64,000 nucleotides of DNA from Trypanosoma brucei. Its lineage: Eukaryota. The DNA lies in assembly GCA_000002445.1 (NCBI GenBank), contig CM000208.1, positions 3,904,001 through 3,968,000 on the forward strand. The letters are read 5' to 3'. Below, one piece after another: positions 47,901-61,080 of this stretch (within the stretch, counting starts at the first letter, position 1; each line of letters starts with the position of its first letter). A model generated the notes under the pieces. The model did no database searches and was not told where the DNA came from. It was given only the letters and a program-made list of their open reading frames with translations. A program made the position numbers and the translations under genes.

Positions 47901-48538
47901 CATGCTGTGTAAAACTAAGTGGATAAGTAAATGAAAGCACATAAAACAATGTAAATGGGGTTTTGAGAGCAAGTAAGTGAGTCGAACTATGGAAGACACG
48001 GAACGAAAAAGAGTATTACGAATTTTATTACAAAAACACACAGAAAGAATGAAAGCAAATGATGTGAATTATGCGGAATTTTAAACCTATCGTCACGGTG
48101 GACGTGATGAAACGGAAGCAGAAATGGTGGAGACTGTGGTCTTTTATTTATGACAGCGGAAAAGTTCTTTATAAACGAAAAATTGTCAGTTTGTACATTT
48201 GAATTATAGTATTCGGAAAAAATATAAAGAAATAACTGTAGAAGGAAATGGCTAGCTTTTTCTGAACATATAATGACGCAGCATATGCCGTCGGCTGAAC
48301 AGCCATGAATTTCAACACCGAAAGAATAACAAAATGCAGAGACAATGGGTAAAAGAGAGTTCAGTATTTTTTAACACAATCTGCAACTTATGTTTTTCCA
48401 GAAAAATTGCCGACAACAAAGTTGTATTGCCTCATGAGTGAGGACATAACGCGAGATACCTGTAAAAACAAGCAGAACCCCTGAAAAAAAATGCCAATAA
48501 ACAACGCCTACCATAACCAACTTAAGTGTTAGCAAAAG

Positions 48539-49899
48539 ATGCGGAAAAGCAATCTGACAACATTATTTCGAGTGTTGTTATTAACCGGTGTCTATCCTAT
48601 AACAAATGTACACGCCACGAACGAACACAAAGGGTTAACGGTAGAAACGGCAGTAAAGGTCTGCCTTTTCAGCAACAGGATGAAGGAAACGGCAGGTTAT
48701 GTCGCAGATAAAACAAGAGAGTTTGTCAGCAACACAGACCGACTACGACAGCTAGCAAGTGACATAACAGCGGCGGCACACGGCGACAGCAGCCAATGGA
48801 CACCAGGAGCGAAGTTCACGGCACTTCTTGCAGCAAAGACAGCGACGGACCGGCAGACCGTTACGGAACAACTCACAACAGAAGCGACAAAAGCGGCGGC
48901 AACATACGGAATGTTAGCCGGGCGCATTGAAGAGTTTGTCCAAGTTTTTTATCAAGCGCACAGACAGCAAGGCACAAGGTGCTGGTACAAAACCGGCAGC
49001 GAACGGACAGCAGCCAACGTCCCATGCCTAGATGCCAATGACAAGCTCAAAAAGGCGGCATCACTAGAAAACAAGGCAAGGCCCGACCTAAATACGCCGT
49101 ACAAAGCGCTTGGAAACCTGCAGAGCGGCGGAGCCCACACCAGCGAAACTAACTGCAAACTTCAGAACGGAGCCGCTGACAAAAATGTATACCTTAACAG
49201 CCAAACCAACAATCCGCAAATTAAATGGGGAGGCGGACTCTTTACAACCCCCAACAGCGACCGCGTGATAGCAAGCACAGACTGGGGGCCCAATGGCAAA
49301 GCAGGTGTAACAGCGGGCACATAAAAGGAGTGCGAAAACAACATAGCAGCATTTGACAGAACCGCCGCAACTGTAGAAGCCGATACGCAAATGCAAATCA
49401 AACTGGAAGGTGACGAGACCCCAACACCCGACCCAAAAGATATAGCAAAGGACGAATTCCACAAAGATATCCCCAAAAATAAACTAACGATAACGGCGGC
49501 AGACCTCAAAACAGTGCATGCCAAACTACAGCGATTCATAAAAAGCCACAACAAGGAGGAAGAGAATCTGCGAGGAGCACAGCTGCAGTTTTTGCAACAG
49601 CAGCTGCAATTAAACAAAACGACATGCGAACTAGGGGCAAAACACACCCCGAAAGATTATTGTCAAGTCACTGATACAGAACCACCAAAGTGCAACGACA
49701 AGGAACAGGAAGAATGCAGCACCACTAAAGGTTTCGAATGGAAAAACGACACTTGCAAGATCATCGAAAAAAGACAAAAAGAGGTAGCAGAAAAAGCAGA
49801 CCAAGAAAAGGAGGGAAGGATGGACAAACAAACATCACAGGAAGCAATTCTTTTGTCATTAAAGCTTCCACTCTTTTTCTTGCATTTTTGCCTCTGTAA
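48539..49899 (+). pseudogene. VSG V2 (premature in-frame TAA at 49322–49324 and frame-shifted GPI tail)
   Basis: ORF 48539–49324 has signal peptide MRKSNLTTLFRVLLLTGVYPITNVHA plus N-domain. C-domain piece 49391– has '...KCNDKEQEECSTTKGFEWKNDTCK'. Tail in another frame is 'GSNSFVIKASTLFLAFLPL*'. Confidence 0.8.
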
Positions 49900-49920
49900 A
49901 ACTCTTAGGAGCTTTTCTGT

Positions 49921-49936
49921 TTGATATATTTTAACA
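49921..49936 (+). promoter_or_regulatory. VSG 3'UTR 16-mer
   Basis: 'tgatatattttaacac' exact. Confidence 0.8.
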
Positions 49937-50329
49937 CGTAAAAGTTATCCTGAATAATAATGTGTGTTTCTGTAAAGTTTCTGACTCTAGCTGTTATTTT
50001 TTCCTGATGGAAGAAATTCTCTTTCTTTCATCTTTTTAAAAATTTTTAGGGTTAGGTTTTTTAACCATTTTTAATTTTATTTTTGCGTATTTTGGCGTTT
50101 TTATTGCCAATTTTTTAATTTTCGAAACTTACAATTTTAGAAAGTTTGCTATACTTTAATAAACATAGATATATTTTAAAACTTTGAAAAAAACATAAAT
50201 TGAAGAAATGAGAAAATTTTTAAAAATACGAAAATTTTATTAAAATATGTACAGTAGTTGCCTATAGGTGTAATGTATTATAATGATATTGTATTAACAA
50301 TGAATGTTATTCTAATACGGTTCATTTTT

Positions 50330-50425
50330 TATGGATATTAGTTAGGATTATGATAGTAATGATAACAGTTATAATGATAATGATAGGAGAGAGTTGTGAG
50401 AGTGTATCATTTTTGTAACGATAGT
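50330..50425 (+). repeat. 70-bp repeat upstream of VSG V3
   Basis: 'gatagtaatgataacagttataatgataatgataggagagagttgtgagagtgtatcatttttgtaacgatagtg'. Confidence 0.65.
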
Positions 50426-51188
50426 GATTCAAATCCAGGACTAACAGGCGAATTGTAGGTGATAGAAACTGTTGAATCACACTTTAATGACACTCATAGT
50501 ATTTGGAAAGTTGTACCTACTGCTCTTTCAGAAAACACAGTAACAAAATCATATGCACCCAAAACTCAGCGAAGAAACTAGAAGTGTTGGAAGCGACTTT
50601 GGAGGATAGATTAATAGCGCCAAACCCGCTGTAATATGAAAAAACTAAAAATATGGGCACAGATAGCGGACAAAACAGCAATATTAGAGCAAAAAAGCCA
50701 GAACCTACTACAGACTCAACAATAGAATGTGTTTATGCGGATATAATGTGACTATAGTGTTGGCTGTCAAAACTGCTGGGATTTCCAGCAGAATTAGGCA
50801 ATGTCTATGATGTTTCAAGAAGATGACAGTAGAAAAGCATAGAGGGGAACGGCAAATGCAGCAGAGTTTATTTTGTGAATTTGTTTGTGGAAGCGTAAGA
50901 AGTTCCATGAAAACTAATAGCAGCAGACACCAAGGGCAGTTCAAGCAGGCGGAGGCATCACAGCACAGCACGGAGATCAAGCTTCCTGCATGAAAAAGCA
51001 ACACCCTCTTTTTTGCCTAAAAATCTTCAACAAAGCAGCCCAACGTTCGCTGTTGACCCCAGACACCAAACAGCATTGATGGGAAATTGCTAAACGACCA
51101 GGGAGCACAAAATCTTGGTGCAACCCCTTCTTTCTGATCAACAGGCAACCTTCTGTACATGTTCATTCAAAAAGAAAGAGCAGAAGAG

Positions 51189-52594
51189 ATGGACAAGCTC
51201 ATGTACCTAACGGCGGCAGCAGCCACAATAATGTTCCACGGAGCGAGCATTGGCGATGCAGCCGATGACCAATAGGCCGAAAACGCACAAGAGTTTGGAG
51301 CGCTCTGTAACTTAATTCGGCTAGCCTCTAAGGGCTTCGATAGTACAGAGATAAAAGTTGCAGACAAAGCAACGCAGCTAGAGGCCGACATACAGCGAGC
51401 GGAGATACTAGCTTACGACAACAAAACAGAGGTAGAAAAACGAGCAAAGGAAGGCACAGAAGGACTTAACAAAGGTGACAAGGCGCTGCCAAAAACTCCA
51501 GTGGGCATAGCAGCAGCAAAGAAAATAAACGAAACAGCGAAGGCGGCAGCAGCCTTGATATCGGCGCTGAAGGACAAGATCAAAAAGGTCGAAGCTGCCA
51601 CGGCCACGGCAAACAAACTCCTTTTCAAAGCAGTGTGGGGAAAAGAAGAAAAGCCGCCGGAGTTAAGCGCAGGTGCCACCTTGCTAGCAGAGGCCAACGT
51701 GCAAGCGATTTTCGGCGACGCGGCTTCAAGCGACAGGACAAAAAACTGCGGAGGCGCCAGGTTCACGCCGATGGCAGACACAAACGTCGGAAAAACGCTA
51801 ATTAACGACTTATTCTGTCTTTGCCTAGATGGAGTTGCCACTATGAAAAACTGCGGCACCAGCAACCATGGCACGGACACAGCAGCTGCCAACTTTCGCA
51901 CACCGCATACCACCATAAACAGCAAATGGGATACTTTGATGACGGAGTGTCCAGCACCACCAACGAAAGTCACAGCAGCAGCTCTACAGGCGGCGCTTAC
52001 AAGCCTCGTCTCGCTCATTGGAGAAAACAAACACAAAACCACGACCAGGACAGAAAACAACAAATACTTTCTCGGTTGGGCAGATACGACAGCTACAGGC
52101 TGCAGCGGCGCGACCAAACAGATTTGTGTAAACTATGCCCCATGGACAAAATCAGCAGCAAACACCGAAATCCGCTGGTAAACAGAAGTGCGGCAGGCAA
52201 TCGAAACAGCGCCAACAGCAGCAACCGAATCAGACATTACTGCCACCATCAACACGCTAACGACAATGAACCTAAGTGTTTGGCACCTATATGAAGCTGG
52301 TTTTTCAGCAAACACAAAAAAAGACAGTGAACCAACAAACGACAAATTAGCACCTGTAGCACAAGTAAATGCAAGAAGCACAAATTAAAGAAGACCTGTG
52401 AAGAAAAGGGTTGCATATGGGAAGGAAAAGGTGATACATATTGGGAGTGCAAACCTAAAGATGGGGAAGGACAGACAAATGAAGCAGGGACACAGGGAGC
52501 TGAAGCATATGGTAAAACCACAAACACCACAGGAAGCAATTCTTTTACCATTAATAAGGCCCCTCTTTTGCTTGCATTTTTTGTTCTAGCATAA
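51189..52594 (+). pseudogene. VSG V3 (multiple frameshifts or stops)
   Basis: Signal peptide MDKLMYLTAAAATIMFHGASIG, then a stop. ORF 51501–52181 carries N-domain 'DLFCLCLDGVATMKNCG'. C-terminal domain 'TCEEKGCIWEGKGDTYWECKPKDGEGQ' with tail 'GSNSFTINKAPLLLAFFVLA*'. Confidence 0.8.
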
Positions 52595-52617
52595 TCTCCC
52601 TCTCAACTCTCCTTTCT

Positions 52618-52633
52618 ACTTGATATATTTTAA
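52618..52633 (+). promoter_or_regulatory. VSG 3'UTR 16-mer
   Basis: 'tgatatattttaacac' exact. Confidence 0.8.
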
Positions 52634-52865
52634 CACGTAAAAGTTCACCGAAAAGTTATTAATATTTTTTTGTAAAAATTGTGAATGCGCGTGTGAATTT
52701 TTATACTAAATTAAAATTTATTCCTTTTCTCTTGTTAAGTTTTTAAATTTTTTGCTCTGGTTTTTTACAAGTGCTTAGGCATAGGATTTTTAAGCTTTGT
52801 TTTTCATTTAAAATTTATTTAAAATTTTTATGTTCTCAGTTTTATTTTTTGTTGTTGGGTACTAT

Positions 52866-53065
<200 letters not shown>

Positions 53066-55031
53066 TGATGCTAAAGACTAAATGCACGGTCAAGGATAGA
53101 AACACTTACACTCATTAAAAGGGGTTAATGAGAGTAAGTGAGTGAGATAGATCGGTGTATATTTTTATTAAAATAAATGAAAAGAAGATAATTTAGTATG
53201 GCGATCCAAAAAATAAACATGATGCTGGGCATAATGATACACAAGAAGAAGGATGGGACAACATGTGATACAAAATACAGTGTGTAGACCGATTGGGGTC
53301 GGTACGTTACAGCAGTGATAGCTGCAGGAGATGAAAAATAAGAAAAGAAAAAGCGGAATGAAAAGACGTGACACTTAGCAAGCTAATTCAAAGAATGCAG
53401 CAGGTAAATGGCACATAATTTCTCTAAACTTCCCTCTTTGACAAGTAATAACACAAGCAAACGATAAACGGCATAAAGCCAGCTAAAAATGCTTTTAACC
53501 TTACAAAAGGTGCAAAAACCAAAAGCACATTTAGAAAAAACAGCAAGTCGAAGAATGCACCAAACCTACATAAGAAAACAAGAAATAAAAAATATTTCAT
53601 CGTAATATAGTGTAGAAAGAATAAAAACTAATGGCGCTTTCGGAGAGACCAATTGTCGAAGTTATTCGATAAAAGAAAGCATTTCATTGTTTTATATGTT
53701 ACAAAGTGCAAACGCTTGCCAATATAAGGCAAATAGAAAACGTATAGTATTAGAATAGAGGTGACTTACAAGAGTGAAATTGATTTAATTTTATAAAATC
53801 GAAAATAAAAATTCCATCCATTTATACACAGTATTTCATTACCCTGAAAGTTTTATATATCGAGAAGTTTAAAATAAAGAAAGGTAGAGTGGAATGAAAC
53901 TGACAGTGGCGGAAAGATTGCACTTAGAGGTCACTATATAGAACTCAGAAGATACAGCTGCATGTGGTGTTGCATCTTGGGTGGCAAGGGCAGATGCACT
54001 TTAGCGTCCGCAAAGTCAGGCAGTAATGTCCAGCCCTGATGTAACACCAAGTTTACAAGTGGCAACATCCCGGTCAGCAAACCACAAGCTTCATCCATAC
54101 TGTTTTGCGAACAAAACGGATTAAAAAAGCAACCAGTAGCAGAGTTTGTGTATTGGAACACATTTCTGTGGGTGTTAATTTAAAAATAAGCCTGTGGTTG
54201 TCACTCTAGATCATCGACAAGCATGAGATATTAGGAGGAAATGGCGACAGAGAGGCGTAGAAAGACAATGGGAAAAAATTTTTGTGTTGCAACCTGAAAT
54301 GAGATAGGGAATAGAAAAGGAATTTTAAGAGGGGAAAACACAAGGAATATGAAAGAGAAGATATGGGACAGAACTCAATTCACTAGTCAAGCCTCAAATG
54401 TGTGGCCGAGACTGCCACACAACATGGCAATGTAATAACAGAATTGCAACCACCAACCAACAACAAGAAGCGAAAACTTATGCTGCATGCCCAGCTATTT
54501 CCGCCGCATATTTCACGGATCACTCAACAGCTGCTCCGCGCTAGCAATCTGTAGGCTGATGGAGACAACAACAAGGCGCAGAGACTTACTTTCCAACTAA
54601 AATACGCACTGCAGGATATATAACCAACAACCGTCGCAAGGCATCGTGACGTGACAGTGGAAGCAGGCTACACAACATACACAGAATCTAAGCAGCTTCC
54701 CCCCAAAGGTCAGAAGACCCTACCACTTATGTCTTCTGGCAGCGACAGCAAGAAAAAGTCGCTGCAGAGGGGTTATATAAAGCGGCTCAAAACACCGCAG
54801 CTTACAACACAAAATACTAAAGACCAGCACCACCATGTTCCTCAAAAGAGTATTTTTTTTGCAACACAGTGCAGGAAGCAGGAGAGAAAATGTGCTGGAA
54901 CAGGGAACTTGAAACACCAAGCAACACTGGATACGCAGCTTTTTTACTCCTTGCATTTTTCAAAATAAGTCCCAGTGTTGACAGACTAACCTAAGACACC
55001 CGTGTCCCTCAAAACAAACAGCTAAGCCGGC

Positions 55032-56572
55032 ATGCAGACCAAAAGCCAAATAAAGGTAACCATTTTTCTTCTCTGCGTAGTGGCGAACATCGGCCAAGCA
55101 GCGATAAGCGGCGGAGAAAGCGAGGAGGACTTTGCCACACTCTGTATGCTCATAAATATAGCAAAACGTACGATCACCATCCCAACGACAGAATCAGACG
55201 CCGACGCACTAGCCGCCAATATAGGTGCCATAAACATGTCGGTAGCGGAAGATGGACTGCAGGCCAGAGTAGACAAGGCCAAAAAAATAGATCAGCTAAC
55301 AGGAGAAGCGGCTTCAGCAGCCAAAGGACTGGAGGACAAGTGGGATTTTATACAAAAAGCAAAACAACAAATTGAAGGAAACAAAAAAGCAGAGTACGAG
55401 AGGTGGAAGCAAGCACAATTGGCAACTAAAGCAAGGCGACAGATTTCTATGGTCGCAGAAGAAGCGTACAAACTGCACCAAAAGCTAGTGGCCGCCCGAG
55501 CTAAACTAAATGCCGACAAAATCAACGCCAAGCTCAAGGAGGCCTTTTACGGGCCTAAAATGAGCGCAACTGAAGTCAAAACGAGCGCCGGCAGCAGAGA
55601 AGCAGCATGCGGGCCAACTAACGGCGAAGGCGTGGCAGACGCAGGCAGCTCGCTTGCGATGGACCTACTTTGTATCTGCGGCAAGCACGCCTCAGACGTA
55701 TCCGGCCATAAAGCCTGCGGTAAAGACTGGAGCGGCGGCGCAGTAGCGACCACAAATTGGGACCCGACAAGTAACGCAACGCCGATAATATCGGCCTTGC
55801 TCACAAAATGCCAGCTGCAAACAACGAAGGCAACACTTTCAACAGCGGAATTAAATGCAGCCATGAACAAGTTTTTAATGCGCATATCAGTCGCAAGGGG
55901 CACCAGCGGCGCAAAGAGGCGGATGCTAGGGACTCTAGACGGCACAGGTGCTGGAAAGTGCAGCGGACATCACGACAGCACCAACGGCCCTTGTGTTCAA
56001 TACAAGGAAGCCCACCTAACAGGGCCGGACATTTCGATCCCATGGTACGTCGCGCTAAAGGAAGCCCACGACAGCTGGGAAGCGGCAACGCAAACGAAAG
56101 GAGACATCAGAAGACTTGAAGCGCAGTTAAAAGCACTAAACCTAACGGCAAATAGTTTACATCTGGAGACGGAAACAGCTCACAAAAAAGAAGTCACAGT
56201 ATAAGCGGAAGCGGAAACTCTGACAAGTAAACAAAAAGAATGTGAAGCGATACAAGCAGCGGCTGACTGCAGAAAGAATGAAAACTGCAAGTGGGAAGGC
56301 TCTGATGACAAAGATGGTCCCCACTGCAAATTGAATACAACAGCAGTAGAACAACAAACAACACAAGCAGGAAAAGATGGAGCAACAAGCGGAGCAGACC
56401 CTAATTGTAAGCAACATGGGGATAAAACTAGTTGCGAAAAGCGCAATACTGCTGGCCTAAACCCTGTTTGTGGCTGGAAAAAGGCAAAGATAATGAGCCT
56501 GATCTAGAAAAAGAAATGTGCAGAAATGGTAGTTTTCTAGTCAATAAGAGATTGGCTCTTATGGCTGCATAG
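55032..56572 (+). pseudogene. VSG V4 (in-frame TAA at 56202–56204 and a frame-shifted tail)
   Basis: 390-aa ORF with signal peptide MQTKSQIKVTIFLLCVVANIGQA and N-domain (B-type-like '...IGAINMSVAEDGLQ', 'LLCICGKHAS'). Continues in frame after the stop as 'AEAETLTSKQKECEAIQAAADCRKNENCKWEGSDDKDGPHCKLN'. Tail is 'SFLVNKRLALMAA*'. Confidence 0.8.
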
Positions 56573-56839
56573 TTTGACAGTTATATATAATTTTAAGTAT
56601 GTATAAGCATATTTTCTCAATTTTATGGAATTTGTAAAATTGCTTAAATTTTATATATTTGAACGCCTTTGTAAAACTTTTGCAACTGGTTAAAAATTTT
56701 TAAAAGCTCAAAGATATAAAAACTTGAAATTTTTGTAAATTCTTCTTAATATATATCTATTGCTGCGGAGCTTTATGGTGATAGAATATGGAGAGTGTAT
56801 TCTGTTATAAGTATGTATATACTTACGTTTAATAAGAGC

Positions 56840-56925
56840 AACAACAATAATAATAGTAATAATGATAATAATAATAATAATAGAAGAGTGTTATGAGTGT
56901 GTGTATACGAATATTATAATAAGGG
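56840..56925 (+). repeat. 70-bp repeat
   Basis: 'aataatagtaataatgataataataataataatagaagagtgttatgagtgtgtgtatacgaatattataataagggtagtgg'. Confidence 0.75.
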
Positions 56926-57612
56926 TAGTGGTTGAAGGGCAATACACGGCCAAAATAGAGACACTTGCAAGTATAAAAAACGCAATGTTTGTAAGTGAGT
57001 AGGCGAACACTGTGGATTACATTGAACGAAGTGCAGAAATACAAAGACAGTTAGATATGGAATATGTGTGGGCTCAAACGAAACCACGAAGGTCAGCATC
57101 ATTATACATGTGGTGGTTGTGCCGAGGCCAATTTAGGAACAGGAAGACTCTAGTGTACAGACCAAATTTATATCGGCACGGGATACGCAACAACATTGGA
57201 TTTGGTGAGGAAGTTACACCACTGCGAAATTTAGGAAAGCAGATAGTCGGCATATTTACAGCACAAAGGCTTAAAATTTATAGTAAACGTGAGGACAACT
57301 AGTGTATCTGGCTATTTAATTTTTATCATAATGTACATAGGGGTTCATGTAGCGTCTAGCAGCAGTTGTCCTTGAATATAAATTAAAAAAACAAAAAAGG
57401 CAGGTCCTTGATGAGATATAATCTTAAAACACTGAGAACACACTGTTTGTCAGCTACATCATAAAAATATCAGAGCGCTGCATATATATATATATTTGTA
57501 AACATTACTTCATAACTAATCATATTTTCTGCACAACTGCCTTCTTCTATCAAAATATTCTATCATTTTATAAGAATTTTAAAGTCTTTCCTTAGTATAG
57601 AAGTATTGTCTT

Positions 57613-58715
57613 ATGAAATATATAGAAAGAATTCATGCAATAATAGGCTGTTTATCCTTTATTGTTATGGGGATTAATTTATTTACGTCACTATATAACT
57701 TGTTTTGTGAGGATTATCCTATTTCACTTGAAATAATAGAAAATGACTATATGAGATTTGTTACGCAGGATGTAAGGAGGATTTGGAAAAGCAAAGATTA
57801 TTTGGTTGTAGCTCTAATACCTTTAATAGATAATAACGAGATTTTAGAAGAAGGAATATTCAAAGAGAAACGTGTTGGAGTTATCCTGAAGTGGCAAGAA
57901 AGTCAAATAATTTTACAGGGAAGTTGCTTGTAGTATATGCTCTTTCACCTTACACAAATAACAATTGCAAACTCAGAGAAATTGCTGCAACAGAGGGTTA
58001 TGTAAATCAGGATATTATTATTTTACCCGTTTGCGATGTCGACCCTACAACAAATAAGAAAGTGGGAGAAGCTGGTAATTGGGGTTGGGAAGCAGAACTC
58101 ACGATGAGTAGAAAAACGTATCTGTGGTTCAAATTTTCAGTAGAGATATTCAAGAAAACTAATCCCTATATAATAAAAGCAGATAACGATATATTTATGA
58201 GAGTGCCATTGTATCTAAAATATCTAGAGCTGCTTCCAAGAGAAAAATTAAATATGGGGAGAGCAGTTGGATATTATAAAGATTTTAGTGATGAAATTAC
58301 ATGGCACACCATTGGTTATGCATCGACACTATCTAGGGATGTAGTTAAGAAAATTGTTGATTATGACCCTCTGAAAAAATTAGTAAAAGCACCAATTAAG
58401 TTCAGAAATTTTGAATCATATATGGATTTTAGAGCACTTAATGAAGATACTATGGTTGGAGAGGTAATAAGGAGTAAATTGAAATTTGAGGGTTTATTAA
58501 CTGTGGATATGCAGGACTGTCATTTTGTAATGCATGCGCAAACTCGGGGACCAACCGAGGCCAAAAGTAGTTGCAACATCATAGCATTTCATCATATCTT
58601 GCCTTACCAGTATCAACAGCTGCCCCTAACATCGAACACATCAATTTGTGCAGGCAAACGAAACCCAGTGTTACGCACCATAAACGATCAATGGGCAGAG
58701 TTCACTTGTCAATGA
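57613..58715 (+). pseudogene. Beta-1,3-glycosyltransferase-like (GT31/GT67, 'UDP-Gal/UDP-GlcNAc-dependent glycosyltransferase' family); type II membrane protein, frameshifted at ~57890
   Basis: ORF 57613–57933 has N-terminal signal anchor IIGCLSFIVMGINLFTSLYNLF. ORF 57891–58715 carries 'LLVVYALSPYTNNNCKLREIAATEGY' (B3GT motif I-like) and 'YIIKADNDIFMRVP' (DxD motif, like KADDDVFV of beta-3-GalT/GnT). The two ORFs overlap in different frames. Sequence is strongly AT-rich. Confidence 0.6.
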
Positions 58716-59199
58716 CAGTTATTCCAAGCCAAAGCAAGCAACGAAAAACCGAGCAAATAAGGTGGGAACCGGCAAGTCTCCGCATGCAATGTAACTATGA
58801 CCTGGTAGGCACAACAAAAAAAGGAATAAAAAAGCATGCACCGCAATTCGGTATTTTCAAGAGACGGCAGCAAACTCAAGCCACAAAAGCTCCAACTCAA
58901 AGCTATTTCCCCGCACCGACCATAGCATGTAGGTGACAAATAAGAAACGACTATGTAAAAGGCAGTAAACAGAAACGACACAAGCTGCGTGATCCAGGAC
59001 CAAACAAGTGTTGTTTTTCTTTGCCGACGCGGTGGCTCGCTACTGGCTAGCAACTAAAAAACAAAGATAATCTAAACAAATTTTTTTCGTTTTCACACAG
59101 AGGTATAAACACCATGTCCACACACACGATAATCAAAACCAGCAGCCTGCAGCAATTCTCAAAACACTAGGTCGCCATTCAAGAGGAAATTTAGTTAAA

Positions 59200-60741
59200 A
59201 TGGTCAAACAACTCATGACAAGCGCCATCTTAGTGCTACTTGTAGCAACAAAAGGTGATGCAATAGTGGCAGCAGGTGACAATGCAGCAGCAGCAGGCGC
59301 CCTTTGTGAAGTTCTGGCATTAGGCGCCGGGCGGAGTTTGCTAACTCAACCTAAAGAAAACGCTGACACAGCGCACCACAGCCTCCTAGACTTGAACATG
59401 TCGCTTGCAGGTGAAAGTTGGAGGTCTGTCTTTGAGGAATCAGGCAAAAAGGGAACATATCCGGCAGCGAAGCCACAGCGCTACGACACCAACAAAGATT
59501 GGGATACAAAATGGAAGGAATGGTCGCAAACGGCTCAAAGGCTAAAGGACGCTGATGGCATACAGCAGAAACTCAAAGAACACAAACTCCATTCCAGAAC
59601 AGTCCAGCATTTGGCAGTAGCCAAGCAAGCGGTCCTACAGCTAGCCGATGAACAATCAAAACTTGCAGCGGAACTTCAAAGGATAAAGGACACAAAGAAA
59701 ATCCTAGCTAACGATCAGCTAAGAGAAAAGATAAATACAGCTCTCTATGGCGAAAACGTCGCCACAGAAAACACACTATCACCTAACAAGGTATTTGACG
59801 CAACAGCCGGCAGCGACAGGAAAGCCAACTGCGACGGCACAGCCAAAGACAACAAAGCGAAAACAGTGATGGCAGCGCTGGTGTGCGTATGCAGCGAGGA
59901 TTCATCCAGCGGCCTAGACCAAGCGTGAAACAAGCATCTAACCCTAAATCAGCAATGGACATCGAGCAGTCAACCAACAAACGATGTGATGCAAGAGCTA
60001 AGAAACCTCTGCCCGACAGCAAAGCCGACAACCATAACGGCAGCCAGACTGGCGAGCATAATAAGCAATGTTAAGACTCACTTCATCGCAAGCTCATCAG
60101 CAACGGTATTAGGAAAACTGGATACGGGAGCAGCCTGCAGTGGTTCTGCCAACAGCGGGCTCTGCTTAAAATACACGGACGTCCACCAAGTGGCAGCAAA
60201 CACGATAGACGACATCAGTTGGATAGCTGCTCTAAACCAGATAGTAAACGACATAAAAGACCACGAAGAGAGCGTAGCGGCAGTAGACAGCATCGGCCGC
60301 CAGCTAAGCGCAAACACTGAAAAAGCAGGAGCCTTTATCGCCAGCATAGAGCAGTACACGCAGGCACAAGCAGCAGTATCACCAACAACGAATCCCAACC
60401 CCGCACAGGCTCAGAAAAACGATCAAAATGCAAAAAATGCTTGCGCCCAACACAGGTCTAACACAAGCTGCACAGATGAAGGCTGCAAATGGGATGGGAC
60501 TGAAGAAACCAAAGGAAAGTGCAAACCTAAAGATGGGGAAGTACAGAAAACTCAAGGAACAGGAGAGGGAGCTGCAGAAACAAATGCCGAAGGCAAAAAG
60601 TGCTCCGAAAAGACAAAGCAAGAGGAATGAAAAGATGACTGCAAATGGGAAAATAATGCTTGCATAAATTCCAGTTTTCTTGTAAACAAACACTTCGCCC
60701 TCAGCATGGTTTCTGCTGCATTTGTGGCCTTGCTTTTTTAA
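59200..60741 (+). pseudogene. VSG V5 (frameshifted)
   Basis: ORF 59200–59928 has signal peptide MVKQLMTSAILVLLVATKGDA plus N-domain. ORF 59986–60630 ends in C-domain 'CTDEGCKWDGTEETKGKCKPKDGE'. Tail is '[33 protein letters not shown]'. Confidence 0.8.
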
Positions 60742-60792
60742 TTAACCCCCCCTTTTATAAAAATTTTCCCCCTGCTAAAATTTTGCTACACT

Positions 60793-60808
60793 GATATATT
60801 TTAACACC
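60793..60808 (+). promoter_or_regulatory. VSG 3'UTR 16-mer
   Basis: 'tgatatattttaacac' exact, ~50 nt after the V5 stop. Confidence 0.8.
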
Positions 60809-60954
60809 TAAAACCAGCTGAGATTTTTTGTTTGTTGTTTGTAAAAATGGTGATTCTGTAAAAAATATTTTCTGGCAACTAAAATTTTTTTCTCTTTTTC
60901 CCGTTTTTTTTTGAGTTTTTGTAGGTAGGTAGGAGGGGGGTAGTTAGGTTAGTT

Positions 60955-61080
60955 GGGTTAGGGTTAGGGTTAGGGTTAGGGTTAGGGTTAGGGTTAGGGT
61001 TAGGGTTAGGGTTAGGGTATTGAGGGTTAAGGTGGTGAGGGTTAGGGTATTGAGGGTTAAGGTGGTGAGGGTTAGGGTTT
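60955..61080 (+). repeat. Interstitial telomere tract: (TTAGGG)10 followed by two ~30-bp degenerate subtelomeric-type repeats (GGGTATTGAGGGTTAAGGTGGTGAGGGTTA)
   Basis: Perfect ttaggg x10 from ~60957 to 61017, preceded by degenerate 'tagttaggttagttgg'. Two tandem copies of the 30-mer follow, at 61015–61074. Confidence 0.9.
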
